A DNA stretch of 64,000 nt from Lama guanicoe (GCA_013239625.1 MU054391.1:4235824-4299823); one strand, 5' to 3'; positions 38,201-50,964 are shown, counted from the first letter of the stretch. Program-made: numbers and translations. The notes: generated by a model not told the origin, from the sequence alone.

Positions 38201-38989
38201 AGGGAAAAATACTAGCAAGAAGAGTTAGGAAAAACCCTTTTACAGATATGGTATTTAACCAGAAGAACAATTCGGTGTTAGCATTTTAAATAAAGGGCTC
38301 AACATGAGCCACATACCCAAGACAAGAAACATAGCCCAGGCTCAAAGAGAAAGCCAATGTTGAACAAAATCGTGGGGAGATTATCGGCAGGGGCCAGGTG
38401 ATGGTGAAATGTCATAAATGCTTTAATAGAAACATACAAAACTACGATTGGGAGGGGGAGAAAATAATCAAATCTCAGGATTTTAGAAGGTTTCTTGGAT
38501 AAACAGGACAATAGATACTGATTACGATTTTTCAGATGAAAATTTATTTGGAACTTTTGGAGTAAGATCTGGAATCCTCCCAAGATCAGCATGCTGAGAA
38601 GCCAAACCCAGCATCCCAGGCATGAAAGGAGTGCCAGCCAAGTACTAACCAACTCAAGAGGCGTGGCGGTGGGCGGGTTGAACGAGCTGAGCCTCATGTC
38701 AACACATGGTAAGGAGGGTTGCTCTCCTCATCACAATGGTTTGCATGATTTCTAAATCCGTACCAGTAAATTTCAAATGACAGGAGTAGGTTCACTTTCA
38801 ATTCATAATCTCGAAACCCAGTCGATACTAAATCCTGGCAGTACAATGTTTTTCCCAGTATTATATTTTCACATCATTGTGTTACTGAAATATCTACCAT
38901 CCCCTGTTGTGTACCCTCATAGTCATTAAAAGTAAGAACCATCAGACTTATAAGCCCTTATATTTGTACCACTAAATCAATAACCTGTC

Positions 38990-39720
38990 TATATGGCACC
39001 AACTTCTTCTTTCTTCCCCAAAACTAAAGAGGAAGTCACAGTTGTTCTCTTATCATAGGATGATCCTACCCTTCCTCGATTTCTGTCCTCACTCACTTCC
39101 CCAATGACCTCAGTTTTCAGTGGTTTCTTTCTCTGTCCTACTTCATTTATCTCTCTTTCTACTGAATCATTCTAATCAATAGACAGATATTTTCCTAGAA
39201 TTTCCCATCTTCAAAAAAACAACCATCCTTTGACCTCAGCTCTCTTTAGCTAGCAGATTATTCTTCTATTCCTATTATAGGTTTCTTGAGAGTTGTCTAC
39301 GATGAAGTCTCCATTTCATCTACTCTCATCCACTTTTAATGTAATATCGAGGCTTCTTGCCCCATTTACTCCTTTACATCTGCTCTTGTCAGTCCCCAGT
39401 GAACTCCATGCCTTCCTGATCACTCTTTTGCATCCCTTTTGCCAGATACGTCCATTTTACCAAACCCATGGGTCTGGGAGCTTCTTCATTCTCAAAACCA
39501 CGTTCTTTTCTTTCCTTATACTTCTTCTTAGATGACTACATCAACTCTTATATTTCATTAATTGATATAAATACATGTTCATCAATTTCATGTCCAAAAT
39601 ACATTCTGCATCAGTTCTCTGTTCTCCATCCAATCTTACCATCTTAATTGAGGTCACCATTAGCTCTCACTTGGTTTATTGCAAAAGTCTCCAGGGTAGT
39701 ATTCTCCTAGCTGAACTTTC
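38990..39720 (+). mobile_element. L2 LINE internal fragment
   Basis: Pyrimidine-rich L2 body: ctctttctactgaatcattc...tttcccatcttcaaaaaaacaaccatcctttgacctc...ggtcaccattagctctcacttggtttattgcaaaagtctcc. Confidence 0.7.
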
Positions 39721-40203
39721 CATTGTGTGTAGGTACTGAGAAATAAGTTCTTGGAATCCCAGGATTCCTGCTGACTGTAAAGTGAGCGAAGACACAAGCA
39801 AGAAAATACAAGTAAATGAATAATAATAAACACTGACTCAAATCCTCTTACTCAGTGGATGCACTGGCTGAGTAACCTGGGTCACATGCTCACTCAATGT
39901 GTACACAGCCTGGAACACAATGAATATTTTAAGTTTTTCATTCCCCCTCACTTTCATTCCAATTGGGAGACATCCCATTTACAAAATGGTTTTTAAAAAA
40001 CTGCACATATTGGAGTAGCCTTCTATCTTGGGATATGGGCCCTCTAAGAAAAAAAAATTTAACTAAAAAAACTAGGCAGTAGCAGGAAGAGCTCATGTGT
40101 TGGTGTTGATGTCCCCAAAATATTTGGCCCAAAACGGAATTTCAGACTGCTTCTGACTCATGGCTAGGGGAGCTGACCAACTGGAAGATGCAAGCTTAAG
40201 CTT

Positions 40204-40804
40204 GGATTCCAACCTTTCTGTACAAGGGGGAGAAGTGGACAGTGAGGATGGTGATGAGCTCAGTGCAGCACAAGGATGCAGTGGTCCCCTCAATGCTGTA
40301 ACTCAGAGGTCTGGAGACCCGTCACTCAGGAGATGCTGAGAGATACAGCCATTGGCCCCGAGCCAAGCTCACCTTGCCCCTGAGACTGAGCAGGATGCAG
40401 CTGAGTAAATACTGCCTTACCAGCTCTACCTCTTCCTGGTTAGTCATCCAACAAGGATGGAAAAAAAGTGAAAATCTGGCAATAAGAATTTTTTTAGTGG
40501 CACTGAAGACCTTACATACTTATTTATAGAGCTTTGACCAAATAACTAAGACTGTCTTCATTTCCTATGAATTATGGATTTTCTTTTTTGTTGTTGTTGG
40601 TTTTTTTCCCTCTTTCTGGCCATCAAAAACATTTTTTAAAAATACTGTTTATCTCCAAAAAACCTTAACTATTTTTAAATTGTCTCATATGTGATCAAGT
40701 ATAGATAACTAAAATGCCCCTAAAATCTGTATTAAATCATTTCAATGTGATTTTATCAATGTAAAAACTGCAGGAACCATTAATTAAAATTAAAATTTTA
40801 AAAA
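40204..40804 (+). pseudogene. YBX1: Decayed, 5'-truncated processed pseudogene of YBX1 (Y-box binding protein 1): C-terminal CDS plus full 3' UTR
   Basis: gagactgagcaggatgcagctgagTAA (ETEQDAAE*; YBX1 ends EAEQGGAE*), stop at 40406-40408. It is followed by cttaccagctctacc...ttagtcatccaacaag...gcaataagaa...ctgaagacct...ttgaccaaataa...tttttaaattgtctcatatgtgatcaagt...aaactgcaggaacc, colinear with the YBX1 3' UTR as I recall it. Upstream, attccaacctttctgtacaagggggagaagtg matches YBX1 SNPPVQGEV. Intronless, with indels. Confidence 0.85.
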
Positions 40805-40819
40805 TGGGCCAGAATGTTT

Positions 40820-41380
40820 CAGTGAATGAAAAGAGACAAGAACAAATATAATCAGAACTATTGGAACAGAAAAAAAATAGTTCACATATTATTCAAAGAT
40901 TCAGCTATACCAATATATTTAAATATATATAACAAATTATGATAAAATGTAATTCAAAGATTATGGTTAGATTATACCTTAGATATCCCAAGAGAATTAA
41001 CTGGAAAAAAAACTATTAAACTCAATAAATTGGTTGAGCAAAATAATCAGATAAAAAATAGATACAAAAAGTTCAAAAATTTTCTTGGAAATTATCAGTA
41101 AGATTTTAGAAAATAAAATTTAAAAAAATGCCCACATCAAGAATAGGAGTAGAAATATGAAGTACTTAGCTAGAAATTTTTCAATGTTTATTTATAAATA
41201 ATATAAAAACCAATAAACAAACACAAATATTTCAATGATTTGTGAAATAAACATGAATACATTGAGCATAATTATGTTCAGGAAAACTGAATACTATAAA
41301 CATTTTTTTAAATAAAATTTTAAAATTGTCCTGTAATTATTGATGTGATTAAAGTAAGTCAAACCAAATCTTTCATGGGA
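40820..41380 (+). mobile_element. Old L1M ORF2 fragment (RT region)
   Basis: A-rich; ccttagatatcccaagagaattaactggaaaaaaactattaaactcaataaat...gaagtacttagctagaaat resembles the L1 ORF2 segment downstream of the FADD motif. Confidence 0.6.
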
Positions 41381-41668
41381 GAACTAGCTATGAGGATGTG
41401 ATGAATCACAAGCTGGGAACTTTGACACTAAATGGAGAGTGAGCAGAACCTGAGGAAAAGATGTAAGATCAGAGGTGACTAGTGTGTGCGGGATGGAGAG
41501 AGGGCAGGAGTAACATTGCTTAGAATCATATACAAAAACAGTCTTGAATTTACTTCTGTTTTCCAAAACGTCTTGAGTTATGTGTCTGTGTCATTTGTAA
41601 CTGAAAATGGAAAACAACAAATTAATATATGAAAATATAGCCTCGTGTCTGTAGCAGCAGGAATGTTT

Positions 41669-41800
41669 GCACTGTCCGATGGGATGTGGGTACAGGGAAC
41701 TTGAAATGTGGTAGTGCAGCTGAGAAGCTGGATTGTTCATTTTATTGAACTTTCATTAATTTAAATTTAGTGTCTGCAGCTAGTGGCTAAGTGTCTAATA
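41669..41800. mobile_element. MER3-like hAT MITE
   Basis: gcactgtcc...gaacttgaaatgtggtagtgcagctgagaagctggattgttcattttattgaactttcattaatttaaatttag...gctagtggct. Confidence 0.7.
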
Positions 41801-41809
41801 TGACAAAAA

Positions 41810-42240
41810 TCTATGTGAATTAAAACAATGAAAGACTGTTGTGCATAGCAAATTAGAAATATGTTTGGAAATTTGCTAATGGTGGGGAGAATGTACTATA
41901 AAAAGAATTCTCTCAACTTACTTGTTAGAGGTTAAGCTTTCCTTACAGTAATTTATCAATTTGTATCAAGTTCATAACTTTGGCCCAGTAACTGCAGAAA
42001 CTTCTAGGAATCCATTTAGCAGACTAGCCAGAGCTATTGACAATACTTTGTGCATGAAAATTATTAATACTATGTCATCTATAATATTTTAAAATTTGAA
42101 ATACAGGTAAATGAGCTACCGATGGAAATATGGGTATTTGGGGAAGGTTAACTCTTACACGGGCATTTGAAATCAAGTTTGGGGGAGTTATTCATTTAAC
42201 TGTAAAATATTTACAATATAGTATATTTTATAAAAAGATA
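41810..42240 (+). mobile_element. Old L1M (ME-type) 3' fragment
   Basis: gtaatttatcaatttgtatcaagttcataactttggcccagtaactgc...cttctaggaatccattt. Confidence 0.55.
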
Positions 42241-42817
42241 CAATTTCCCCCCTTTGGAATAAGTATGCAGTATTAGTACTTACCAGGTTTTCAAAATAAC
42301 TTACTTGGTATTTATGGACTAAAAAACTTGCTTTCCATTTGTTCTAGATTTTTTTCATTATCCATTTAAAAAGTTTTTAATATAAAGAAATAAATTACAA
42401 TAGCATCACGAATGAAAATTAGCTCTCAAATACTAACAGCAATTTATAGTTCACAAAGTATCTTCATATTTTTTATTTCTTTTTATCCTTCAGCAGCCTA
42501 TAAAGATAAAGCTCAGTGGAACTAATTTATTTACCAAATTACACATCTTTCAGGCAGAATAGCCCCAAAGAGATGTCAGCTGTTACATTTGCTGTTGTTT
42601 AAACTCGTTAGGTTTAGTAAGTTCTGAGACGCGATGTGAGTCTTTCCGTTCCTGAGTTTGAGTCTTCTGATAAACTACAGTCATTTGGTAAATAATTAAT
42701 CTCCTCAGAAAGAAATAACACTGTCAATTTGGAGAGTCGGATTCATTTTGCAGCAGAAAGGATTCTCTCTACTTTCATGTCTTTGGAGAGATGTTCAATT
42801 AATCCCTGCAGACCATG

Positions 42818-43054
42818 GTTTTTGTATCTTCATTTATTTATTTTGGTTTTTTATTAGTATACAAGGATAATTATTTTTAACGTAATACACTTTTTTTACA
42901 TACATATATTCTTTTTCAGATTCCTACCCCTGATAGGCTATTACAAGCTATCGAATATAGTTCCCTGTGCTCTGCAGTAGGACCTTGTTGTTTATCTATT
43001 TTATGTAAAATAGTGTGTATCTATTAATCCCAAGCTCCTAATTTATCCCTCCCA
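42818..43054 (-). mobile_element. 5'-truncated lineage-specific (cetartiodactyl-type) L1 3' end with target-site duplication
   Basis: tacatatattctttttcagattc...ttacaagctatcgaatatagttccctgtgctctgcagtaggaccttgttgtttatctatttt...ttaatcccaagctcctaatttatccctccc. The direct repeat GCAGACCATG flanks it at 42808-42817 and 43055-43064. Confidence 0.88.
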
Positions 43055-44029
43055 GCAGACCATGTTTTGTGAATGTTTTCTAGCCTGTCAGCACACAACT
43101 TCTCTAAGAATAAAATAAAATGATTGAATAGCTATAGATTGAGGCGTGTTTGTCGCGTGCAAGCGGCACGCATGCCGTCAGGTGGACGGCTTCTTCAGCA
43201 CTCATCCAGGAAGCGTAACTCTCTCTTTCATGCGATTAAATAGAAGCTAGATTCATCACCTGAATCACATTTATCTCTGAGGGGTGATCAATACATTTTT
43301 AGGAAAAGATTTACCCTTGTTAGTTTACCATAGGACCAACATTATTAGTAAATGAAAACGTAGGACTGTTAGGGTACCTTACTAAAATCACACAATGTAT
43401 TTTACGAAAATTGTCTCGAGAGTTTTCCCAAATAGTAACCCTGTCTTCTTTGGATGTTAAGTCCAACTTCCAGTTGGAGATTTGTTTAAAGGCTCAACTT
43501 ATAATGTTTTTGACTGTTAAGCTTAGGGGAGGAGATGAAGACAGGTGGCCTAAACTCACCAACTTCGTCTTTTCTAAATGAGAATACAGGCAGAGCGGTG
43601 AGGTGGCTCACCCCAAGTCCCACACTGGGTGTCAGACATGACACTGGGAACCAGCTCTTCTAAATCCCTGCTGGGTATTTGTTACTGAAATCCACTGACA
43701 GGAGCAAAGGCCGACCAACTCACCTATCCTAAGTTCCCCGTAAATGCACTTTCAGTCAGCTCTCTGATTAAATACACATCTCAGAACAAAACGCCGTCTT
43801 CTCGGTTCTGCGGCAGCATGCCTTCTGCGGGGACGCAAGTCTGATGAGAAGACTTTTGGGTATCACACTTCAAAAGATTAGTGAACAATGTTAACAGTTT
43901 GGTATTTACTTCCTTTCTACCATGCACACAGAACATAGCAGCTTTTACATCCTTGGATAGAATGTCTTCTTAAACAATAATGAAAATATTATTCTTCAGA
44001 CTTGTATAGTGCTTCGCATAATTATATAT

Positions 44030-45831
44030 TATCCCATTTGAGGATGCTTTGTTTTGCCGCAATAGATAACTAAAACAGAAAAGTGGTTTGGAAGCAGGGC
44101 ACTGCTGTAAAAAAGACCTAAAACATGAAGTGTTGGCTTTCTCACCACGGGGCAGTGGGGGAGGCTGGAAGGATGGTGAGGAGATTGTTAATGAATGCTG
44201 GAAGTGCAGTGATAAAACTGAGACTAGAGGCTTAAAAGATGGTGCTTCATGTTTTGTAGTAATGAAAACAAGTGGCAAAATTAGTTTGCATTTACCTGAA
44301 AAAGAAAAACCCAATGTACCAAATTAACCTATGCATGCAGATAAAATTTCTAGGCAGAATATTGAAAGTGCCAATTGGCTTCTTTTAGTTGCATATAAGA
44401 TATGGAAAGATGAAACTGAGCTAAAGAGAGAGCTATTCAGTATGCGAGCAGAATTTCCAATCCAGACTTACTAGGTTGAAAAATAAAACTGTTTCACATT
44501 TCCAGGCTCTCCAGCTGGCACAAGACTCTCAAAATTAAAAATGGCCTCAGAGCAAAGAGTAAATCAAGGATGTGGTCATAAGACCTTTTGTTCCAAGACC
44601 CCAGAAAGACCCCAGCCTAGGAGATGCTCTCAACTAAGAAAAAGCACTTCTCAAACTCTTAAAAGTGTTATTTCACTGCAACAGTACACTTGGACCAAAG
44701 TGGAGAGAGTTCACTCAAAAAGAATTATGGGCATGGCTTTTGGGACATGGGGTGAATCACAATCAGATTTGTAAAAAGCCTAGAAAAAATTTAAAGCCAT
44801 TGGACAAGTTTGGACTAAAAGGGGCATACATCATTCAAAAAGAACAGATATCTCTGGGGTTCTCAATTTTCTACAGTTAAGGAGGAGCCTGAGAAAACTG
44901 CCTTGGTGAGAATATGGGCTACTTCTTAAGGGAAGGAAAAGATGTTTCAGAGGGAAGAATCCCAGAGGGTGGATACCTAAACTGTGGACAGGGATGAATT
45001 AGAGAACCATTTCTGAGGAGCAGACTTGGCCTTAACCAGGGAAGATTCCATGCTGCCAGACACAGGCCCCAGCACGTGATCAGCTGGATTTCAGAATTGC
45101 TATGGACCAGTGACCTCTGTCTCCTGACTCTACTCTTTCTATTCACAGTGTCCATTGCAGTTATCCTGTCCCCATCTCACCATTGTGTGTGGGTGTGTGG
45201 AAGGCAAACTGCATGTCTTTTTAACTCACAAATCTCTTGGATCAAAACAAGAAGCATCCACAGAGTCTGCTCCGTATCTGTGCCTGATATGGATCACGAG
45301 ATTATGAACTTCAAACTCACTGTGGAAACTTGATGAGTTTGAGGTGGGGGTCTTGTTAGGGTGAGAGTGCTTTGCATATGGAGGGATGGGAATCACTGGG
45401 GCTGGAGGACAAACTGTTGTGTTACAGGAATGATACCCGGTGAATTAAACCTTCCAGCGCCCTTCTGTAATCAACTCTCTCACTCTCTGGGTTTGGCCAT
45501 GAACTGGTTCTGGCCATTAGGCATCAGCAAGTATTTCAAGCATATACTGGACAAGAAGCTATTGTTTCGGGGTCTTTCTGGAATACTGCTGCCATCATGT
45601 GAGCAATTTCAGCCCAGACCAGCCCTCTTAGGGATGGAGCACTGAGGAGAGAAAGTCCTAGCTGAGCGCAGTGCCTGGTTATGCCCCAGCTGAGTGCCAT
45701 TGCATGAGAAGCCCATCTGGATCCAGCAACAGAACCACCAGCCAACCCACAGAATCAGGACAAATGATAAACCTTCCTGTTAGCACTCAGATCTGGGACA
45801 GTTTCCTACTCAGCAAGAGGTGACTGAAATG
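44030..45831 (+). mobile_element. MaLR (MLT1G/H-like) provirus: 5' LTR remnant, about 1.34-kb internal region, 3' LTR
   Basis: The LTR end gcaatagataactaaaaca (to 44077) is followed by the MLT1-int start (ggcactgctgtaaaaaagacctaaaacatg...ggaggctggaagga). A PPT-like gggaatcactggggctggaggacaaac precedes the 3' LTR at 45415-45831 (ccagctgagtgccattgcatgag...ccagccaacccacagaatc). Confidence 0.8.
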
Positions 45832-45834
45832 GAG

Positions 45835-46760
45835 CTTTTCAACAGCAACAGAGAAGACAGAAGAAAATGAGCAACATCTTCAAAATCATTGTGGGAAAAA
45901 TTGTGTTTCACCTGCAGTCCTGTTTGTATGCAAACCATCAATTAAGCAAAAACATAGAACACTACCTTCAGATAGACAAGTTCCCCGAATTTTACCTCCA
46001 TGTACTCTTTGCTGGAAGATGAACCCCAATAAATGAAGAATTCACAGTGAAAGAGGAAGAGATGGAGTCCAAGCAAAAAAAAAAAAAATTAATCCAAAAG
46101 AAATAAGCAAACAGGCAAATTCCCAGGATGAGTCTAAAGGGAATTCCCACAGGAATAGCTTTGTATGGGCCTGGCTCATTAGAAGCAGAAAACAGAAGGT
46201 TCCTAATGGATGTCTTCCAGAGAGAACAACAAAAAAAAAAGTGCAATATGTCGAGAGGGGATTTACCCTTCATTTAGGAAGGTGTGGGATGCATTAATAA
46301 TGACTACTTAGACATCGAAGTGGATAAAATGGATAAAGTAGTAAAACAAAACCAAAATTCTACAAAAAAGGAAATTGATCATTATAATGCACAGAGACCA
46401 TCACTATTGGGGAAAGGGGGTCGTGAGGATGTCTGTGTGAGCGCGCCTACATGTCTGCATTCAGGGTGGGGGTTGTCAGACAGCTGATTCCTCACCTCAT
46501 ACATTAGGAAGTCAGTAGACAATACCTAAAAAAGAAAAATCAAAACACAGACGCCTATGGATGCCTTACAGAAATACACGGATCATTACCACAGGGAAGC
46601 TCAGAGAGACAGGTTGCAGTGGCCGCTTCTTTGAGGTGGGACTCGGAGTGAGAGAGGTGGGACACAGTCTGCTGCTTTTGTTATAAACATTATAAAGCTA
46701 CTTGGCTCTGAAAATGATGTGCTTACACGTCTCTGACTGCGTTCAAAGACAATTTTATTA
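45835..46760 (+). mobile_element. HAL1 (half-L1) element, 3' part
   Basis: caacagcaac...gagcaacatcttcaaaat...aattttacctccatgtactcttt...aattcccaggatgagtctaaagggaattccca, and the 3' end ctgctgcttttgttataaacattataaagctacttggctct. Confidence 0.7.
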
Positions 46761-47634
46761 TCTGTGCATCTGTGTTTGAGATTAAAATTCACAATCACCA
46801 CGGAAGTTAACAGTTCTTATTTTTCTGGATTACCTGATAGTCCAAGGATGCTGTGGGATAAGAAATAAGGAAAGGGTAGCACGTGGCCCAGAAAGTTGGA
46901 AATTCTGGAAAGGGTGGAGAACATTAACTTTAACTTGACCAATTCATTTGCTGCACGTCCAGGTGGAGGAGAACCTGGCATGGACCCTTCAATGCAAGTT
47001 TCATGACCTTCTGGAGCTACAGGATGTAGGTGAGGAAAAGGAGGGGGTTCGGAGGCATGGGCCTAGGCTGCCCTTCTATGTTATTCTGCAGGATGGCTGA
47101 AATCAGAGCCGTGAACAGAATTTACGTTAAGTTGAACATATGGAGGACCATGAGGTCATGAAGCAAGTGATAATTACATTTTAACCGCTGGGGGAAGAAG
47201 ACAAGTAGTCTTGAAGGCACAGGGGAAAGCATGAAGGGAGAAAGGCCAAAGAAGCCGAAGAGAGGTGAGCAGAGAATAGTTCCTGATGCCCGGAGCCCAG
47301 GTGCCGAGCCCGTGGAGAGGAGCCACGGCTGCCGCTCAGGGCTCGTCCCCAGGGTGCCGTCCCTGTGACAAAGGAGATCACCTCCAGTAAATAAGTGCAT
47401 GTGGCATCATCACGGGCTGCCACCTCCTCATTTTCTAGATCGCTGTCCCCAGGACAGAGGTCAGAGAACAGAAAGAGCACCTGTGGCAAAATAAATCAGG
47501 GAAGCTCTGGTCCACCGCTCCCGCCTCCGTCCAAGTGCGCTCTGGTTTCTGAGTCTCTTCCCAGCAGGAGCAGCCTGCCTGGCTCCCCAGGAAGGTTGGC
47601 CGACTGTTTGGGTACCTCCAGGGCATGCCCTGAT

Positions 47635-47820
47635 TTACTCCCATGTTCATCAAGTATTACTGACCACCTACAAAGCTAACGCAGTTCCTGCGCTCATGAG
47701 CACATCATTCAAGGGGGTGGACACAGACAATAAGCAAATAAACAAACAAGGAACACAGCTGGTAGGGAGAAAGGTTTTGCAGGGAATGAAGATGGCAGAG
47801 GGCTGTCACAGAGATGACAG
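47635..47820 (-). mobile_element. L2 3' fragment
   Basis: gttcatcaagtattactgaccaccta...ggacacagacaataagcaaataaacaaacaa. Confidence 0.6.
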
Positions 47821-47827
47821 TGAGCTT

Positions 47828-48382
47828 TGGTGGGCATCTATCCAGTCCTGCCCCCAGGGAGCCCCGTCTCAAGGTATTCACACCCTTGTGCAGTCCTCAG
47901 TCCTTGGGTTTAGGCTAGTAATTTATTGCTAGAAATAAAATACAGCAAAAGTGATAGGCTGTCACTTCTATTATTAGGTTATAAAAGACTATGACTTCTG
48001 CCTTGTTCAGACGCTCTCTCTGCCTCTTCTGTCATGTTGGCTCTCGTGGAAGCAAGCTGCCAGGTTGTGAGTTTCCCTTGGAGGGGCACAAAAGCAAAGG
48101 TGGCCATCCAGGGATAGAGGCCATCGGGTCACCATCCCTGAAAGACCTGCACATCACCCATAACCACACACGAGCTTCCAATCAGCTCCCTCCTCAGCCG
48201 AGCCTTCAGAAGAGACAGTCTACAGCCCTGTCAATATTTTGTCTGCAAGTGTGTAGAGATCTTGAAGCAAAGGGCCCAGCTAAGTTGTGGATCCTATAGA
48301 AACAATTTAATAATGAATGTGTGTTGTTGTAAGTCACTCAGTTTGGGGGTAATTTTTTACAGAGCAGTAAATAATGAATGCA
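47828..48382 (+). mobile_element. MaLR MLT1F-like solo LTR
   Basis: ggtattcacacccttgtgcagtcc...aatacagcaaaagtgataggctgtcacttctattattaggttataaaagactatgacttctgcctt...ggaagcaagctgcc...ttgttgtaagtcactcagtttgggggtaatt...aataatgaatgca. Confidence 0.88.
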
Positions 48383-48394
48383 CTTACATAAAAC

Positions 48395-48940
48395 ATATGT
48401 CCCTTTCTTTTTAGTAATCCATTTAAACAATCTTTGTCTTTTTATTGGAGCATTTAGTATCTTCTGCTTTAATGTAACAACTTTTATATTTTAGGTTAAA
48501 TTAACCATTTTATTTTGTTCTTTCTTTGGGATCTAATGGTTCTCTGCTTCATTTATCTCCTTCCTTGCCATGTTTGGTTTGATGGAAAACTTCTACGATT
48601 CCATTTTTTGCCTCTTTAACAATTTGGACTTCTGGAAAGCATGAGATGCCCACCGATTTATCAAAGGATAATGTTACCATTTCCTTTCCTCTTAGACAAC
48701 GACCTTTACGGAAATTACACGTAACTACTTTAGACTTTGTGTATGCTTCCCAAACACATACACAATATGTGTAACTGTATTTCTGTTGTGTCATTTTCTC
48801 TCATTCTCATTCATTATACCTTGTTTTGCTGTGTGGCTATATACTTTATTGTGCTGATTATAATATTTAAGATTATTTCTAGGAATAATTTGGGGAATAG
48901 TAAAATTAAATATTTCTTAACAGATATTCTTTTTCCCTTT
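48395..48940 (-). mobile_element. Old L1M fragment (inter-ORF / 5' region)
   Basis: aatccatttaaacaatctttgtcttttattggagcatttagt...tttaatgtaacaacttttatattttaggttaaattaaccattttatttt. Confidence 0.6.
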
Positions 48941-49389
48941 CTACAGCTAGGGGAGAACCATTCTAGGATGACTTCAAGGCCAAATTCAAGATTTAAGGGT
49001 CTTCGGAAGACCCAGGAGATGTTAAGCCCAGGCCGGAACTCAGATGAAGACAGATCACCTTCAGATTTGAATTAAACTTGTAGTTGAAGCCACTTTGAAT
49101 ATCAGCTTAAAGTGAGAGTGAGCTTTGGACAGATACTTTGTTTAGTTTCTCCATCTCATAGCCAATACCTTCAAGGAAAAGCACGTTTGAAGGTAATATT
49201 TACCTCTTCAATGTACCATCCTCTCTTACATTTATGTTACTAGTTCTTGGATGTTTTCCTCAAGTTTCCCACGTTTAAGCCAGCATTTTTGCTATGGTAT
49301 TCTAGGAGGGGGTTTATTTTAATTACCTGGCCTGCCATTTCGAGACCTGAAAGTCTCTAAATCAATAATTTTATAAAAATATTTTTCTG

Positions 49390-50070
49390 TAAGAAAATCA
49401 ATTAGACTTGACTCCCATGTGTCTTATGCTTTTGTCACTGTTGTGATTAGTATATTTATTAATCTTATTATTTGTTTTTGCTGGGAAAAAAATCCTTTTT
49501 ATATGGTACTAACATATCTAGTAATTTTACTAAACTATCACTAATTATTACAGTTTTTTATAGATTTTCATGGATTTTGTAGGTGGACCACCGTACCTGC
49601 CAACACGGGTTTGGTTGTTCCATTTCCAATTCTTTTCTATTTTATTTCTTTTTGTTGTTGCTATTGCAGTGCATTTTCTGGAATCTGAAGAAAATATTGA
49701 AGAATAAGGGTTGGTGATGATGAGAACGTTCATCTTTTCCTAAATGTAATGTAAACGAGTCCATTATTTACCAGTAAGTATGATGTTTACTGTAGATTTT
49801 GACAGATGCCTTTCTGTGGTAAAGAAACTTTCATTTTACTTCCAGTTTCTTAAGAGTTTAAAAAATCAGGAAGGCAGATTGAATTTCCTGAATCATTTCT
49901 CTGTCTAACGAAGTGACACATTCCCCTTTGAACCGTTAATATGTCACATCATGTAATTGATATTTTGATATTGAACCATCAACACACTAGTCCGATACCC
50001 CCTACTTGATTGTTTAACGCACTGCCAGACTGAGTTTAAAAATGTTATACCACTCTTCATAGATAAAATT
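49390..50070 (-). mobile_element. L1M ORF2 (RT region) fragment
   Basis: tatagattttcatggattttgtagg...gatgatgagaacgttcatcttttcc...ttaccagtaagtatgatgtttactgtagattttgacagatgcc...ttgatattgaaccatc. Confidence 0.8.
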
Positions 50071-50964
50071 ACTTTCCTTTCTCATGAAAACAACTATTTA
50101 AAAAAAAAAAAAAGGAATCGAATCTAACCACAGACAGAGCTCGGAACGTCTCTGTCCTATTCTTCTTGCCTAGTTGAGCGTCCTGACCAAGGGTGAGTCT
50201 GCACCTTTTTTAGGAAACCCTTATCTCACCAGAAGGCTCTCAAGGGAGCAGTAAACCAGGAGCCCCTTTTCATTAGAATCACCTCCCTTCAAAAGAATAC
50301 AATACAGGGATTTATATCACATGTACAATTTATCCTTACGAAGTTTAATTTCTGTATAAAGACGAGCATTCTTACTGAAAAATACAGGCAGTGCTTCCAC
50401 TTGGCATGCTTGCACTTTTCTGTCCCTCAGGAGTAACTTTTAACGTTTTCTTCTTGGAGGGCACATGCAGCCTAAGTGTATTACTAAGTATGGTGTTTTG
50501 CTGTTTTTGTTCATGTGTTTGCTTTGTGTCTGTGCATATGCAGATAGATGTTTGCCTATGCAGGCTATAGAGTTCGCTATTACAAGTCGTCTCCTTATCA
50601 TAAAATGTATATCCCCCCTCATTAGCGGAATGTTCTTACTCTTTAGAGTATTTTTCATACAGGGATATAAGCGCATCATCCAGATGTGGTCTGTTTTATT
50701 GTCTGGTTGCAAAGCTGTGTGCCTTTGGTTTCCTTCTGTTGTCCAGCTGCATTGGCCGGAACATCAGAAAATGGTCGTGAGAAAATACCATGCAAGGTGC
50801 GGGGGATGTAAAAACAAATTAGATGCTCTAGGTCCCTGTCCTCACAGGGCTGAAGGCAAGATCAGAGCTTGAAGACAAAAAGCCTGAACAAATGTGAACA
50901 CTCTCCCCTCCCCAGCTGCCCTTTCTCGCAGCACGTGCACCAGCTGCCACCTAGGGCACGATTA

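Noticed and set aside
40160..40339. 59-codon ATG ORF (MARGADQLEDAS...) as a microprotein
   Set aside because: It overlaps the frameshifted YBX1 retrocopy, is only partly in the YBX1 frame and has no supporting promoter or splice evidence.
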